Of a DNA stretch of 64,000 bases, positions 23,560 to 35,499 are shown in pieces. How positions within the stretch are numbered: the first letter of the stretch is position 1; each line of letters begins with the position of its first letter. The notes under the pieces are model-generated. The model saw only the letters and a list, made by a program, of their open reading frames with translations, ran no database searches and was not told the DNA's origin. Source of the stretch: Eledone cirrhosa (taxonomy: Eukaryota). The translations under genes were made by a program, and so were the position numbers. The DNA is taken from the NCBI GenBank assembly GCA_964016885.1, contig OZ024741.1, forward strand, positions 114,514,001 to 114,578,000, given 5' to 3'.

Positions 23560-26500
23560 TTACAGATATATACTCAGAGTAGGCCCATTCACTCGGGCCA
23601 TTCTTGCTTCTCTCACCCATCTTTCAACAAAATGCTGGGAAGTGAGCACTTCCCTCTCTACTCTGATTTCCCTTTTCAAATGAAATTTGAAAAAGTCAAT
23701 CAGAGCATCACCGAAGAGGTAAGTGCTCGTCTTCAGCCCTTTCAAACATGTCCACCATACTATCTCTTTCGCCATGGCCACCAGACAGATAAAAACAGCC
23801 TGCCCTTCCAAGCTAAAGGAGGAGGGCGGGGCAATCCTCACGATGGACTCAGATGATAGCCGGATCCGTCCTAAACGCGACAGCAGGTGTTCGACATAAA
23901 CCCACAAGTCAACAATGCTGGACGAGTGCGTGCAGGACGGTTTCGTCGCCCTGCGCGCATCTCGGACATGCCCGGCTGACGGCACCTCCATACCTGTAGA
24001 GTTTATCCCGAACTGGCAAGGCTCCTCCGTAGCACTGCCAGGCCAGAGATTTCTGGAAGTTGTCCATAGGCCCTGGCCCGAAAGTTCTTCCGAAGAGATT
24101 GGCTAGTTGATTTTCGTCGACGCCTAGAGTTTCCCCAAGTACGTCGTCGCTCTTCCCCTCCACTAATCCTCTATAGAACGCCGAGGTGGAGTTTCCACCG
24201 ATCACATTACCCGATTGGTCGAGGGCTGCGAGCGCCTGAAGACATTCCAGTCTCCAGGCGCTCCCTCTCGGTCTTCGCTTGACTCTGGACTGCAGCTCCG
24301 TCAAGGAAACGAGCTGGGGAAATACGTGTCTAGCAAACGGCGACCACACCTGATCACCGTCGAGGAAGAGGTGGAGATGTCGTAGCCTGAGCGCGTGCCT
24401 GCGCATCATCAGCCACGGCATGCCCAGCCCTCCACGTAGCGGGTGTTGACAACAGATGGACCGCCTGACCATCGGAGCGCGTCCCTTCCACAAAAAACGA
24501 AAGAGCAAACGCTCCAGCGCAGTCAGGCGAGGCTTAGGACAAGGTACGACGGTCAGGCGGTAGCAGATGACAGACGCGATGTACGCGTTAGCCACCTCCG
24601 CTCGACCTTTCAGGGATAGCTTCTCCTCCGCCCATTTCTAGGTGAGAGAAGCCACCCTGCTCGTCACCTCGTCCCAGTTTTTGTCCGTCTGGAGGTCCGG
24701 ACCGAACCAGACCCCTAGCAATTTAACCGGTCCGTCCGTCCAGCGTCCGACGACACTGTTGGACGGCATGGACCTGCCTCTCCAGGTGCCGAGCTGCAGG
24801 CCCACTGACTTTTCCTGGTTGATCATTGCTCCTGTCACCGCTTCGTATTCTCTTAGTGTAGTGCCGATCGCCTCGATGTGTTTGGCGTTCGACACCACTA
24901 CGGTGACATCGTCCGCATATGCTGACACGGATCTTCCGCATCCTAGTTCGCGCGGGATGCCCCTCAACGTCTCCAGTTTATGCAGTAATGGCTCGAGAGT
25001 CAATACGTACAAGAGGGACGAGAGGGGACATCCTTGGCGGACCGAGCGCATGATGTTGAACGGTTCCGACAGGTGACCGTTCACTCTCACCACAGAGCAG
25101 ATGTCGCTGTGCATGGCAGCGATCCAGCCTCTGAAGACGGGTCCAAAGCCAGCCGCCCTCAGGACTGCCGCTAGGTAACGATGGTCGACCCTATCGAAAG
25201 CTTTCTGACTGATCTAAATTGATCAAGGACCCACCCGTGCCAGGTTCCCTAGCTACCCTCTCTATGATGTATCGCATGAGGTGGAGGTTGTCGTGGATGG
25301 ATCTGTCGGGAATGGCGCATGTCTGCGCCTCTCCCACCAGACCACCAACGACAAGCGCCAACCTCTTTGCTAGCACCTTCGCCCAAATCTTGAACTCTGT
25401 GTTTAGCAGAGTTATGGGCCTGAAATTATCTATGTTATCCCCCTTGTTCGGATCCTTTCTCAGCAGTGCCACCGCTCCTCGGCTCACAGAACTGGGAATT
25501 CTCCCGTTTTGTTGCCAGTTGCAGTAGACGTCCGCCAAGAGGCCTCCGAACAAGTCTGGCATCTGTACGTAAAGTTCATAGGGCAGACCATCCAAACCAG
25601 GCGATTTACCCCTTGTGCAGCCAGTCATTGCCTCCCTTACTTCAGCGGCTGTTATCAGCTTTTCGCAACACTTCGCCTCAGTGGCCGAGAGCCGCGGCAG
25701 TCCGTCGAGGTAGACACTAAAGTCCATCCCTCTACCCGGCCCACCGCTGCCCCCGAACAGCTGAGCGAAGTGTCGCTGAAAAGCTTCACACATTTGCCCG
25801 GGATCGAGTAGCATGCGTCCGTCGTGGTCCACCAAAGAGCGGATCGTGGCTTTGTTGCCACGACGCGCCTCCGCCACTCGGGCCCATTGAACGGCTTTCG
25901 TCCCCTCGTGTCTGAGAGCACGCACCCTTGCTCTGACAACGCAGCCTTCGTGCTTTGCATTGAAGAATTGGTCAAGGGCCAATTTCGCCGCAAGCACGTC
26001 GGTCGCAATGCCTTTGCTAAGCGCCTCGTCTAATTTTCTAACTAGTTCTCCCTCTGCTCTATTTTTCTCTATTGCTAAAGCCTTACTAAACCTAATGGAT
26101 TCTATTCTAATCGCTCTTTTCAGAGCAAACCACCACTTGTTGTTGACGATGGCCCCCGTCAACGCCCGCTTAACTAGTTCGCTAATCCGGTCTCTGTAGG
26201 CCTTGCGCGCTGGTAAGGACGCGTTTAGCTTCCAGTAGCCGGGTCCTCGTCTATGAAGCCTATCTAAGTCAAGCACACAGATCACGAATTTGTGGTCCGT
26301 GTAGCTGACTATCTTGAATTGTGGACAGCCTATGCTAGACCTATCTATTTCCCTACAAAATACTCTATCTAGATATGATCTGGATGACCCTATGCAATTT
26401 GTCCAAGTCCACATTGGCACATTCGGGAAATCCAATCGGTACCTGTCAGACAGTTCAAAACGCCTGAGCAGGTTGGTGAGGCTCTTGCACCCTCCACCCC

Positions 26501-26962
26501 TATCCGCTAAACCCACTCAGTCCCAGCGTGCATCTAAGATCCCGTTCCAGTCGCCCACTAACACTAAGGTCCAAGAAAGGTCTCCAGACGCCGGAAGAAA
26601 TCATGCCGCTCTGCTCCTGTCGGGGCATAGACGGCCACTAGCCTGAAAGCTTGCCCGTCTCCGCTGGTCACGTCCAGCACCACCAGCTTACCCTCTGGGT
26701 CCAGGAAGATGGCCCGTATGGCGAGATCCAAACCTCTCCGAAAAAGCACAGCAACTCCTCCACCCGATCCAGGACGGCTGGGAGATGCGTACACATCGTA
26801 GCCACCGAAGATCGGTGCGAAGGCCCGTGCGTCGGAGATTCTGGTCTCGCTGATGGCCACTACATCTATGTTTAGTGAGCTGAGGTCGTTGAGCAGGTGA
26901 CCCTGCTTCCATGACGACCCCAAGCCACGCGCATTTATGCTGCCTATTCTGAGTGAGGTCAT
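23560..26962 (-). pseudogene. Copy D ORF2, several frameshifts and stops
   Basis: Five ORF pieces (132, 441, 158, 228 and 143 aa) collinear with B ORF2. Confidence 0.93.
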
Positions 26963-26997
26963 GTTTAAAATAGAGTGGAAAAGATGGGAAAGACCAC

Positions 26998-29154
26998 TTA
27001 CCGTACTTTTGGTAGAGGAGGGATGGTTTTTACATCCCTTTTCACTTGATCGTCTGGTGAAGGGACCGTTGAATCGTCCCTTCGGCTGATCGTCGGCTCT
27101 TCTATGATTATGTCCGAATATACTCTTCGATTGATAGTTCCTCCTAGGTCCCTGAAATCACCAACTACGTTGGGGAATTTCGTTTTAATGTTTGTGTATT
27201 GTTTCTGTGCTATTTTTAGCAGTCTTACGTTAGTTGGTGTTTTGATTGGTGCTGGTATTATGTAGTCGTGTTGTGAAATGTCTGCGTGTTCAATTATGTA
27301 AGTCATTAGTTTCTTGTTGTGTGTATTTATTGCTGTGCATTTGTTTTTCTGGGGGTGGGGTGTGGTTCTGCTATTTTCTTGTCGTTGTTGCTGGGTGTGT
27401 GTGTTTTGTTGTTGTGTTTGCGATGTTGGTGCTTGTGGTGGTGGTGTTGAAGGTGTTGTTGGCGGTGGGGTTGTCGCCGGTGGTGATGGTGGTGCTAGTG
27501 TGGGTGGTGATGGTGTTGGTGGTGTTGCTGATGTGAGTCTCTTTGCAGTAGACTCTACCCGTTTCTCATTTCTTTCCTCCCTTTTCAAAGGCGACGATGC
27601 GCTGCTTCTGCTTTTGTGCCTTCTTACGACCTTTTGCCATCCCTCTCCCACCTCACACTCCATGTCTGATTCTGTGAGGTCGGGGAGGGGTACCAGCTCC
27701 ACTCTTTCACTTGTTGTTGTTGGTGATGTTTGCACTGGAGTCTCTGTTGCAGCTGCATTTGGTATTGCTGTTGTTGTTGTTAATATTTCCACTGCTGCTG
27801 CTGTTTTTGATTTCCGTGGCGTGTGTATGGGTGCCACGGACCTATCGTTCCTGGTTGCCGCTTGTCCTGTTGCTGGTAGCCGTGGAGCCGGTTTCGGAAG
27901 AAGGGGGGTTTTCTCCTTTCTCAGGGTCTTCTCGTTGCAGAAGGCCCTGAGGTGAGTCTTCGATCCACAGCGAAAGCATTTCGGGCGTTTGCCCTCGACA
28001 CTTATGGGCAGTTGAGTGCCGTTATCGAAGTCTATCACATCCGGGATAGCTTCGATGCACTCCTGGTTGGTTTGGATTAGCATCTCAATGGAGGTGCCGA
28101 CCCAATCTTCTCTTACTTTTTTCTGTACTTGCAGTACAGTTGTTTTGTCCTCGATTCCGACGAGGACAGACGCGGCCAGCCAAGAAGCGGCCATCCCTGG
28201 GGGTACGTGGGTCAGTTTGACCCTTACAATTTTTTGCCCGCAGTAGGAGGGCACCAACACAATTTCCTCGCTCCTTAGGGTCACTACTGATTGAGCATTT
28301 GCCTCCTGGGGTGTGGCAAAAAGTACGTCTACGGTGGCATATTTTTTGCCTCGGGTGATGTGCGTTTTCCGCTGCCACACAGACCCCAAGGCTTTTTGTA
28401 TTTGAGCCTCTGTGGCTCTTTCCACCCTACGGGATTTTGTACTTACTGTACGATACGTGACCGCACAGTGCTGTTGGGTTTCGAAAAAATTTTCCGCTGC
28501 CTTGCAGATTGCTCGGTGTCCAGTCTTTGTTACCATCTTCTTCGCTTCCTCTAATTCCTCATTTGTTATGAGGATTGTTTCCAGGTTTTTCGCAATACCT
28601 GCAAATGAGATTGGTTTTTCTTTGCTTCTGTTGTTGTTGTTGTCGTCAGAGCTGCTGTTACTTTTGTTGTTGCTGCAGGTACTACGACTACTGCCTCCGC
28701 CGCTGTTGCTGTGGTTGTTGTTGGTGTTGCTGCTGCTAATGCTGTTGTTGTTTATGCTGCTGGTGATGCTGTTGCGGCTGCTACTGTTGTTTTCATTGTC
28801 ACTGTTGCTGTTGTTATTACGGCTGCTACTGCTATTATTCCTGACGTCAGACGAATGAAATGGGTTTTCGTATTTCCCGCACACCTGTTTCGCCGTTGTC
28901 GTGGAGAAATCTTGTACGCTTTGCACGAGACTTTTCTTTTCTGTCTTCGCTTGCGAAAGAGAAGGGAGGGAGAGAGACACATTTAAAGAAGGGAGGGAGA
29001 GAGACACACTTAAAGAAGGGAGGGAGAGAGACAATCTTCTCTCTGCCGTAGTGATGATTGAGGAAGAAGAAGACGGAATGAGTGGGAGTGACCTATGAAA
29101 CTTCTTTTTCGTAGCCATGTTGTTTTTTTTGTTTAAAATAAATATTGGGCACAA
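26998..29154 (-). CDS. Copy D ORF1, uninterrupted (probable start MATKK at ~29118)
   Basis: 718-aa ORF: N/S-rich region, central folded region, CX2CX4HX4C knuckle, P/T-rich linker, C-terminal domain. Confidence 0.92.
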   Translation of the reverse strand: MCPIFILNKKNNMATKKKFHRSLPLIPSSSSSIITTAERRLSLSLPSLSVSLSLPSLNVSLSLPSLSQAKTEKKSLVQSVQDFSTTTAKQVCGKYENPFHSSDVRNNSSSSRNNNSNSDNENNSSSRNSITSSINNNSISSSNTNNNHSNSGGGSSRSTCSNNKSNSSSDDNNNNRSKEKPISFAGIAKNLETILITNEELEEAKKMVTKTGHRAICKAAENFFETQQHCAVTYRTVSTKSRRVERATEAQIQKALGSVWQRKTHITRGKKYATVDVLFATPQEANAQSVVTLRSEEIVLVPSYCGQKIVRVKLTHVPPGMAASWLAASVLVGIEDKTTVLQVQKKVREDWVGTSIEMLIQTNQECIEAIPDVIDFDNGTQLPISVEGKRPKCFRCGSKTHLRAFCNEKTLRKEKTPLLPKPAPRLPATGQAATRNDRSVAPIHTPRKSKTAAAVEILTTTTAIPNAAATETPVQTSPTTTSERVELVPLPDLTESDMECEVGEGWQKVVRRHKSRSSASSPLKREERNEKRVESTAKRLTSATPPTPSPPTLAPPSPPATTPPPTTPSTPPPQAPTSQTQQQNTHTQQQRQENSRTTPHPQKNKCTAINTHNKKLMTYIIEHADISQHDYIIPAPIKTPTNVRLLKIAQKQYTNIKTKFPNVVGDFRDLGGTINRRVYSDIIIEEPTISRRDDSTVPSPDDQVKRDVKTIPPLPKVR

Positions 29155-29334
29155 AACCCCAATAAGCAGTTATTTAACCCCGAAGGGCCAAATAACGGGC
29201 AGAAAGACCCCTCTCACGAGGAGGAGGGTGTTTTTGTCTACAAGTTCGTTAAAGTTTTAAACAATTTACAATTGTTATAGCGTTAAAAATTTACAATACC
29301 TTACAGAGCCGAGCCTCCGTCAACCATAGCATTC

Positions 29335-30333
29335 AATAATAATAATAATAATAATAGCAATGTTTTCTTTATTGACCACAATAGATTTTCATAAAAATAC
29401 ATTAAAGACAGCACAGGACGGTACAATGTAGGTTTCTGCGTGTAAAAATGAGTATAAACCAAAACCAAAGGATGAAAAAAAAATAGAAACATTAGAAAAT
29501 TCCTCATTTGGACGGAGACTTCCGAGGGTTAGTCGTGGACAAAGTCCACAAAAGCCAGTTTCCTTCATCGCCAGGGTAAGTGCCCGCTCCCGGGTATCCT
29601 CCCTCATTCTACAGGCACACGCTCAGAGCAGGCCCATTCACTCGGGCCATTCTCGCCTCTTTCACCCACCTTACAACAAATTGCTTTGAAGACAGCACTT
29701 CCTTCTCTAACCTGATTTTCCTCTTCAAGTGAAACCTGAAGAAGTTAATCAGTGGGTCGCCGAAAAGGAAATTGTCCGTTTTCAGCCCTTTCGGACGTGT
29801 ACACCATATGACCTCTTTCATCATAGTTACCAGACAGATAAAAACAGCCTTCCCTTCCTGGCTAAAGAAGGGCGGCGGGGCATTAGTGACAGTCGGATCC
29901 GCCCACATGTGACAGCTGGTGTTCGAGATAAACCCACAAGCCAGCGATACTCGGAAACTGGACGAGCGTGAGCACGACAGTTTCGTCGCCCTGAGCACAT
30001 CTCGGATATGACCGGCTGACGGCACTTCCATGCCTGTAGAGCTTATCTCGGACCGGTAACGCTCTCCGGTTGCACTGCTAGGCCAGGGATTTCTGGATGT
30101 TATCTATATGTCCTGGACCGAAAGTCCCGCGGAAGAGAATGACTAGTTGATTTTCATCGACGCCCAGAGTTTTCCCAGAGTTTTCCCAAGAACGTCGTCT
30201 CTTTTACCCATCACTAACCATCTAAAGAACGCCAAGGTGGTGTTTCTACCGATCGTAGTGCCCGATTGGCTGAGGGCTGTGAGCGCCTGAAGACATTTTA
30301 GCTTCTACGTGCTCCCCCTATATCTCCGCTTGA
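29335..30333 (-). mobile_element. 5'-truncated, decayed Tx1 copy E
   Basis: ORF2 C-terminus (FFRFHLKRKIRLE..RWVKEARMARVNGP), 3' UTR, AATAAA and (ATT)n tail. Confidence 0.9.
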
Positions 30334-30436
30334 TTAATGATAAACGCTAATCTAACCATCATAGAATTAATGAATATGAATAGAAACATTAATACCACAA
30401 GGCTAAATAACATTATATATGCATAAACCAAAAATA

Positions 30437-30623
30437 GGGCGGTGGATTGGCAGTATCGGTAGAGGGTCTGACACCATGCTTTGCAGCAAAGAGTTACGGC
30501 CCTTTATGGTCTGAGTTCAAATCCCGCCGAGGTTAACTTTGCCTTTCATCCTTACGGGGTCGATAAAACAAAGTACCAGTAATGTAAAATTGGTGGCCTT
30601 GTGCCAAATGTAGAAACAATTAT
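30437..30623 (+). mobile_element. SINE family 1
   Basis: Full head GGGCGGTGGATTGGCAGTATCGG, B box, core and tail. Confidence 0.9.
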
Positions 30624-31334
30624 ATATGCATCAACCACTGTTGTTATAAAAAAAAGTGAGTACTTCCTTGGATCTACACACAACAATAACAAAATCTGCA
30701 CAAACATGGTAACACAAGATACAAGAAATAAAATAAAAAATATGAGAAAATATCAACAAAACTAAGAATAGGAAATAAAATAAAAATATTAAAGCAATAT
30801 AATATAACAGAAAAAGAAATCTCAGTTACATAAAACAATACTCGCAAAGACACAAAGAATCAGGAGATATGAAAAGTGTCAAAAGGGTTTTGAATAAAAC
30901 TAGCTATTTCACTCCAACCCAAAACGTCTCAACCAAGAATTTAATAGAAGCAAAAATAGAGGCAAATATAGTCCTGAAAGTAAAAGAAGTGGAATAATTC
31001 TGGAGAGGATTATGGGTAGTAGGAGAAGTGAAATTACCAAGCATAGAACTAGCAAGAACAACTAATATAGCGTCTGAACAACTGTGGAAAGATATTACAA
31101 TAGATGATAAAACAGATATGTAACAAAACCTTCAGGATTAACACATACATACAGCATAAAGAAAATAGTATTACTAAGTACTGTATAGGTATTACGAACG
31201 GTACCCTCAATACAATAGAAACAACACCACACACACAAAAACCGCTGCACATAGCCAAGGAACACACAGCTGTGGTTGGTAATGCAATGACAACACACAA
31301 TACAAATAAGATTAATGATGATGATAATAGTGAT

Positions 31335-32015
31335 TGCTACAATAGGAACAAGGCCAGCAATTTCAGGGGAGGGGAAAGCCGATTAAATCGTCCCCAGTGC
31401 ATTACTGGTACTTTATTTTATCGACCTTTAAGGATGAAAGGCAAAGTTAACCTCGACGGGATTTGAACTCGGAACGTACAGGGCCGTTACCGTATGCCGC
31501 AAAGCATGTTGTCCGACGCTCTACCGATGCTGTCAATTCACTGCCCTATATAATAATATAATAATGGTTTCTTATATAGGCACAAGGCCAGCAATTTTGG
31601 GGGAGGGGAAAGTCGATTAAATCGACCCAGTGCGTGACTGGTACTTTATTTTATCGATCCCGTAAGGATGAAAGGCAAAGTTAACCGCGACAGGATTTGA
31701 ACACGGAACGTACAGGGCCGTTACCGTATGCCACAAAGCATGTTGTCCGACGTTCTACCGCTGCTGTCAATTCACTGCCCTATATAATAATATAATTGTT
31801 TCTACTTTTAGCACAAGGCCAACAATTATCCAGTGTATTACTGGTACTTTATTTTATCGACCTCATAAGGATCAAAGGCAAAGTTAACCTCGACGGGATT
31901 TGAACTCAGACCGTAAAGGGACATAGCTATGCTGGAACGCATGGCGTCCGAACCTCTACCGATACTGCCAATTCACGCGTCCGACGCTCTACCGATGCTG
32001 TCAATTCACTGCTCT
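31335..32015 (-). mobile_element. Tandem cluster of three SINE family 1 copies plus a head fragment
   Basis: Repeated core and head, separated by TATATAATAAT linkers. Confidence 0.9.
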
Positions 32016-32038
32016 ATGTAATCATAAAATGTACTCAC

Positions 32039-32179
32039 GATTACATATATTTGGTCCATCTGGCCAGGCTAGAGAAAATTCGGGTCCTCTTTGACTGTAA
32101 AGTTTACACATTGAACAGACAGGTGTTTGACTAGGATTACAATCCATGGTTTGACAGTTCTCTACTGGATTGGAACATT
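32039..32179 (-). CDS. Host gene exon 2 (Cys-rich)
   Basis: TTTTTCTGTCTCTAG acceptor, C|GTGAGT donor, 141 nt. Encodes CSNPVENCQTMDCNPSQTPVCSMCKLYSQRGPEFSLAWPDGPNICN. Confidence 0.88.
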
Positions 32180-32309
32180 CTAGAGACAGAAAAATAAAAT
32201 ATTGTTTTACAGATATAATAAGTAATATATTCGATTACTTCACGAAATTGTAATAAAGCTGTTCATAAATTGTACACACACACACACATATATACACACA
32301 CATACACGT

Positions 32310-32340
<31 letters not shown>

Positions 32341-32352
32341 CACACACATACA

Positions 32353-32410
<58 letters not shown>

Positions 32411-33143
32411 CAATTTAATATAAATTAATATATATGATAAACACTAATACAATTATATAAGTGTTTGTATTGTAAATGACCAAGTTAGCTAGATTGAAAA
32501 ATACTAATTAGATTAATACAGTTTGCCTGTCTCGATTTAAAATAATAAATCAATAAAAACAAACCCATATTGGCAATAGCCGTGGAACTTGGACAAATTT
32601 AAATTTCAAAATCCAAACCTGTTCCGTAGATAAGTTTAAACTTCAAAACCCAAATAAGTTTCGATAATTGAAAAAGTGAAAAATTCCATCTTCTGTTCTC
32701 ATCAGCAAGTACCCAGAAAAATTGATATGTTTCACCTCAAAATATTTAGGAGGACTGATCGACGCACATGGTTTCTCAGCTCCTAGCTACCCCATACTCG
32801 TGCTGCTAGAAATAACAGCCGTTTTTATGGGACTAAAATTTAGCTCAACAAAAGGAGCCGTTATACTACATATATAGAGTTATAAACTCAAACAGTCTTT
32901 TACAATTAATTAGCTCAAAGAAAGAAGTATTTCTGATATATATATATATATGTATTTGCATATGTACATAGTTCGGAGCATTATTTGTGTTCCCACGCAA
33001 ATCTATTTATCCACTATGTAACGTATTGTGTCCGCTCTGATATGCAAATTCTCGTTTGCAACATACGATTTTTGTAAAATCATTGAGTGTGTGGAAATTG
33101 GCGACCCTAGGGTATATCTAATTGCCTGGCTCGTTATAATTAT

Positions 33144-33192
<49 letters not shown>

Positions 33193-33197
<5 letters not shown>

Positions 33198-33540
33198 TAT
33201 GACCCCGACGGCAGAGGTCAAGCCGTTTCGACGGCTATTTCTGGACTAGAAATAGCCGTCGAAATGGCTTGAGCTCTGCCGTCGGGGTCATACTTTTTCC
33301 TATTTCCCACTCTACTACGCTAAGTATTGAGTACTCTTGTGCATTATGGTCCATCTGGTTCCTTACCACAATTCCTTTGTTATGTATATATATTAGAAAG
33401 TGAGGCTATTAGCCGTCGAAACAGCGTGAGCTCAGCCGTTGGGGTCTTGAACATTTTCCTATTACCCACTCTACTACCCTAAGTATTGAGTACTCTGGTA
33501 CGTTACGGCCCACCTGGTTCCTTACCACACTTCCTTGGTT
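33193..33540. repeat. Palindrome-cored dispersed repeat (50-bp arms at 33193-33297) with a partial tandem duplicate
   Basis: Near-perfect inverted arms around GGACT. A related copy lies at ~53100-53263. Confidence 0.85.
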
Positions 33541-33727
33541 ATATATATATATATATACATATGTGTGTGTGTCTTTGTTTATAACCTATAACTTAAAATA
33601 AGTACTGGGCCTGAAGAAAGAAAAATACTGGTGTTGATATGATCAACTAAATGCCTTGATAGTGGTGTCCCAGCATGGCCACAGTCTAATGACTGAAACG
33701 AATAAAAGGATAGCAGTTAGTACTCAC

Positions 33728-34025
33728 GGTTTGGACAGCAATAGTGCGATGGCTGGCATCCACTAGGATAACATTGTTTATAACTGGTGGTGTCTTGAAT
33801 ATTACAGATTGAAGCACATTTCGCTAAGTTGGTCCCAAAGTCGGTACACTGTGCAGTTAATTGTCTCCTGGTAATATCTCCACATTTATGCCTGCATTTG
33901 GACCACGAGGTTGTTATTGATGAAGTACATCTGTTTGGGTTTTTGTGTTTCTTTCCCCAAAACCATGTGCCTTCTGCTTGAAAAGACACCAAAGCAATTA
34001 ACATTAACCATAAGATAGAATGCAT
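33728..34025 (-). CDS. Host gene coding exon 1: signal peptide + TSP1-like Cys-rich module
   Basis: MHSILWLMLIALVSFQAEG hydrophobic leader, WSKCRHKCG..TRR motif, C|GTGAGT donor at 33727. Confidence 0.88.
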
Positions 34026-34486
34026 TATTCATGAAATAAAGAAGTTAATTTTGTTGATGTCTCAGTTGTTCAGCTGATATAGTTAAATTCTTTCATATCA
34101 AAAGTCATTCCTTGCTGAGCTGACTCACCTTATGTAATAGTCACAGTGTATCTGTTGTCTTTACTAGCTACTCCTACAAACACATAGAGAAATGCAGCGA
34201 AAATCTCATTGGTCAGATTAACTAAAGGTTGGGATAATATGATTAATGATTCTTTTAAAGATTTTGGGTGGAGGGGAGCTCAAGAAATATAGTTTAACCC
34301 CGCTTGATTAATTTTTATTTTTGTATTGTTTGTATTTGTTTTGAATTCTATTTGATTTTTTTAGGCAATTTAATTGGAGTATTTCTAAAAATGTTAGATA
34401 TTTGCATAATAATTGGTGGAGCACCTTACTTTACAGATACATGTACGTTTTGACTAATATACTGTTAGCTGTTGGATGTGCAATCC

Positions 34487-34712
34487 AACAACAATAACGA
34501 CAACAACAACAGCAACAATGACAAAGACAACGACAGCAGCAACAGCAGCCGCAACAGCAACAACAACAACAATGACGACGACAACAACAACAATAACAAC
34601 AACAACAATAACAACAACAACAACGACGACAAAAATGACGACAACAATGACGACAACGACAACAACCACGACAACAACAACAACGACGATGACAACAATA
34701 ACAACAGCAACA
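34487..34712. repeat. (AAC/GAC/AAT)n trinucleotide low-complexity tract
   Basis: Direct reading of the sequence. Confidence 0.9.
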
Positions 34713-35499
34713 TGAAGCATTTTAAGGCCATTTTCCCCAGCTCAAAGAGGTTCTTGCAGGTTCTATGACAAGCTTCTCCCTTTTGCGCTATTCTTTGCTC
34801 CCCACATTCACCAAACCTTTGGCTTTCATTTCTTCCTCCATAAAAGTATTGACACTTGAAAGGATATCTGACCATGGAAAATTGCCTCAAAAAAAGGACC
34901 TAAACTTGAGTATAATTTAGTGCTCTACTCATATTAACCCACTGGAAGGATTTACTAAAATAATTAATTATTTCATTTAACAAAAGATTCCTATGTCAAA
35001 TAAGATATATATTTAAAATTATTTATTTTTTTAAAAATAGCAGTTATGTTTGCAATAAAAAATCAAATAATGAAAGTAAGGGGGGAAGAAGGGAGTGAGT
35101 GGTAAATTCTACCACATTTTAGGTAGTATATCTCAGGTCCACCCTTTGAACAAAATGGCGAAAACATTGTTATAGAGAACAGCTACTGTACTTCCCGTAG
35201 CTCCTTCCTCAGGTGGGATGAACTCCTAATTAGGTCAAATTATGTTGGAATATTTTAATTTAAATAGGAACTCCTTAAAATGGGTGGTTTTGTTTTATAG
35301 AACCAGAGGTGGTTTTGGATGGGTTGGTATCAGAAAAGTATCAAAATACTTTAATATCCAAAACGAAGCTTACATTAAATGAAGGAAAGCTCACAAGATT
35401 AAGTGATTAAATGTCAGTTGCAAGTTCCAACTTGACCAACAATTACTTATATAATACTTAGAGGAGACTTAAAATGGATTAATGCTGGCATTTTGTAAT

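Larger units (their letters stand above)
23277..29334 (-). mobile_element. Tx1 LINE copy D, full length, same family as B
   Basis: Near-identical to B in the inverted orientation. (ATT)n tail 23277-23309. 5' end abuts the tail of copy E. Confidence 0.95.

Noticed and set aside
11130-28986. Many 60-210 aa antisense or alternate-frame ORFs over the LINEs
   Set aside because: These are shadow ORFs of GC-rich coding sequence and of low-complexity repeats (poly-L, poly-V). They show no independent motifs.
30700-31330. A-rich segment that may be a decayed Penelope-like coding remnant
   Set aside because: No diagnostic motif could be read with confidence.
34074-34213. Possible 55-nt 5'-UTR intron and CCAAT box of the host gene
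   Set aside because: The donor AAG|GTGAGT is good, but the acceptor is weak. It cannot be supported without transcripts.
34454-34890. Poly-N, poly-T, poly-V and poly-L ORFs
   Set aside because: They are translations of a trinucleotide microsatellite.
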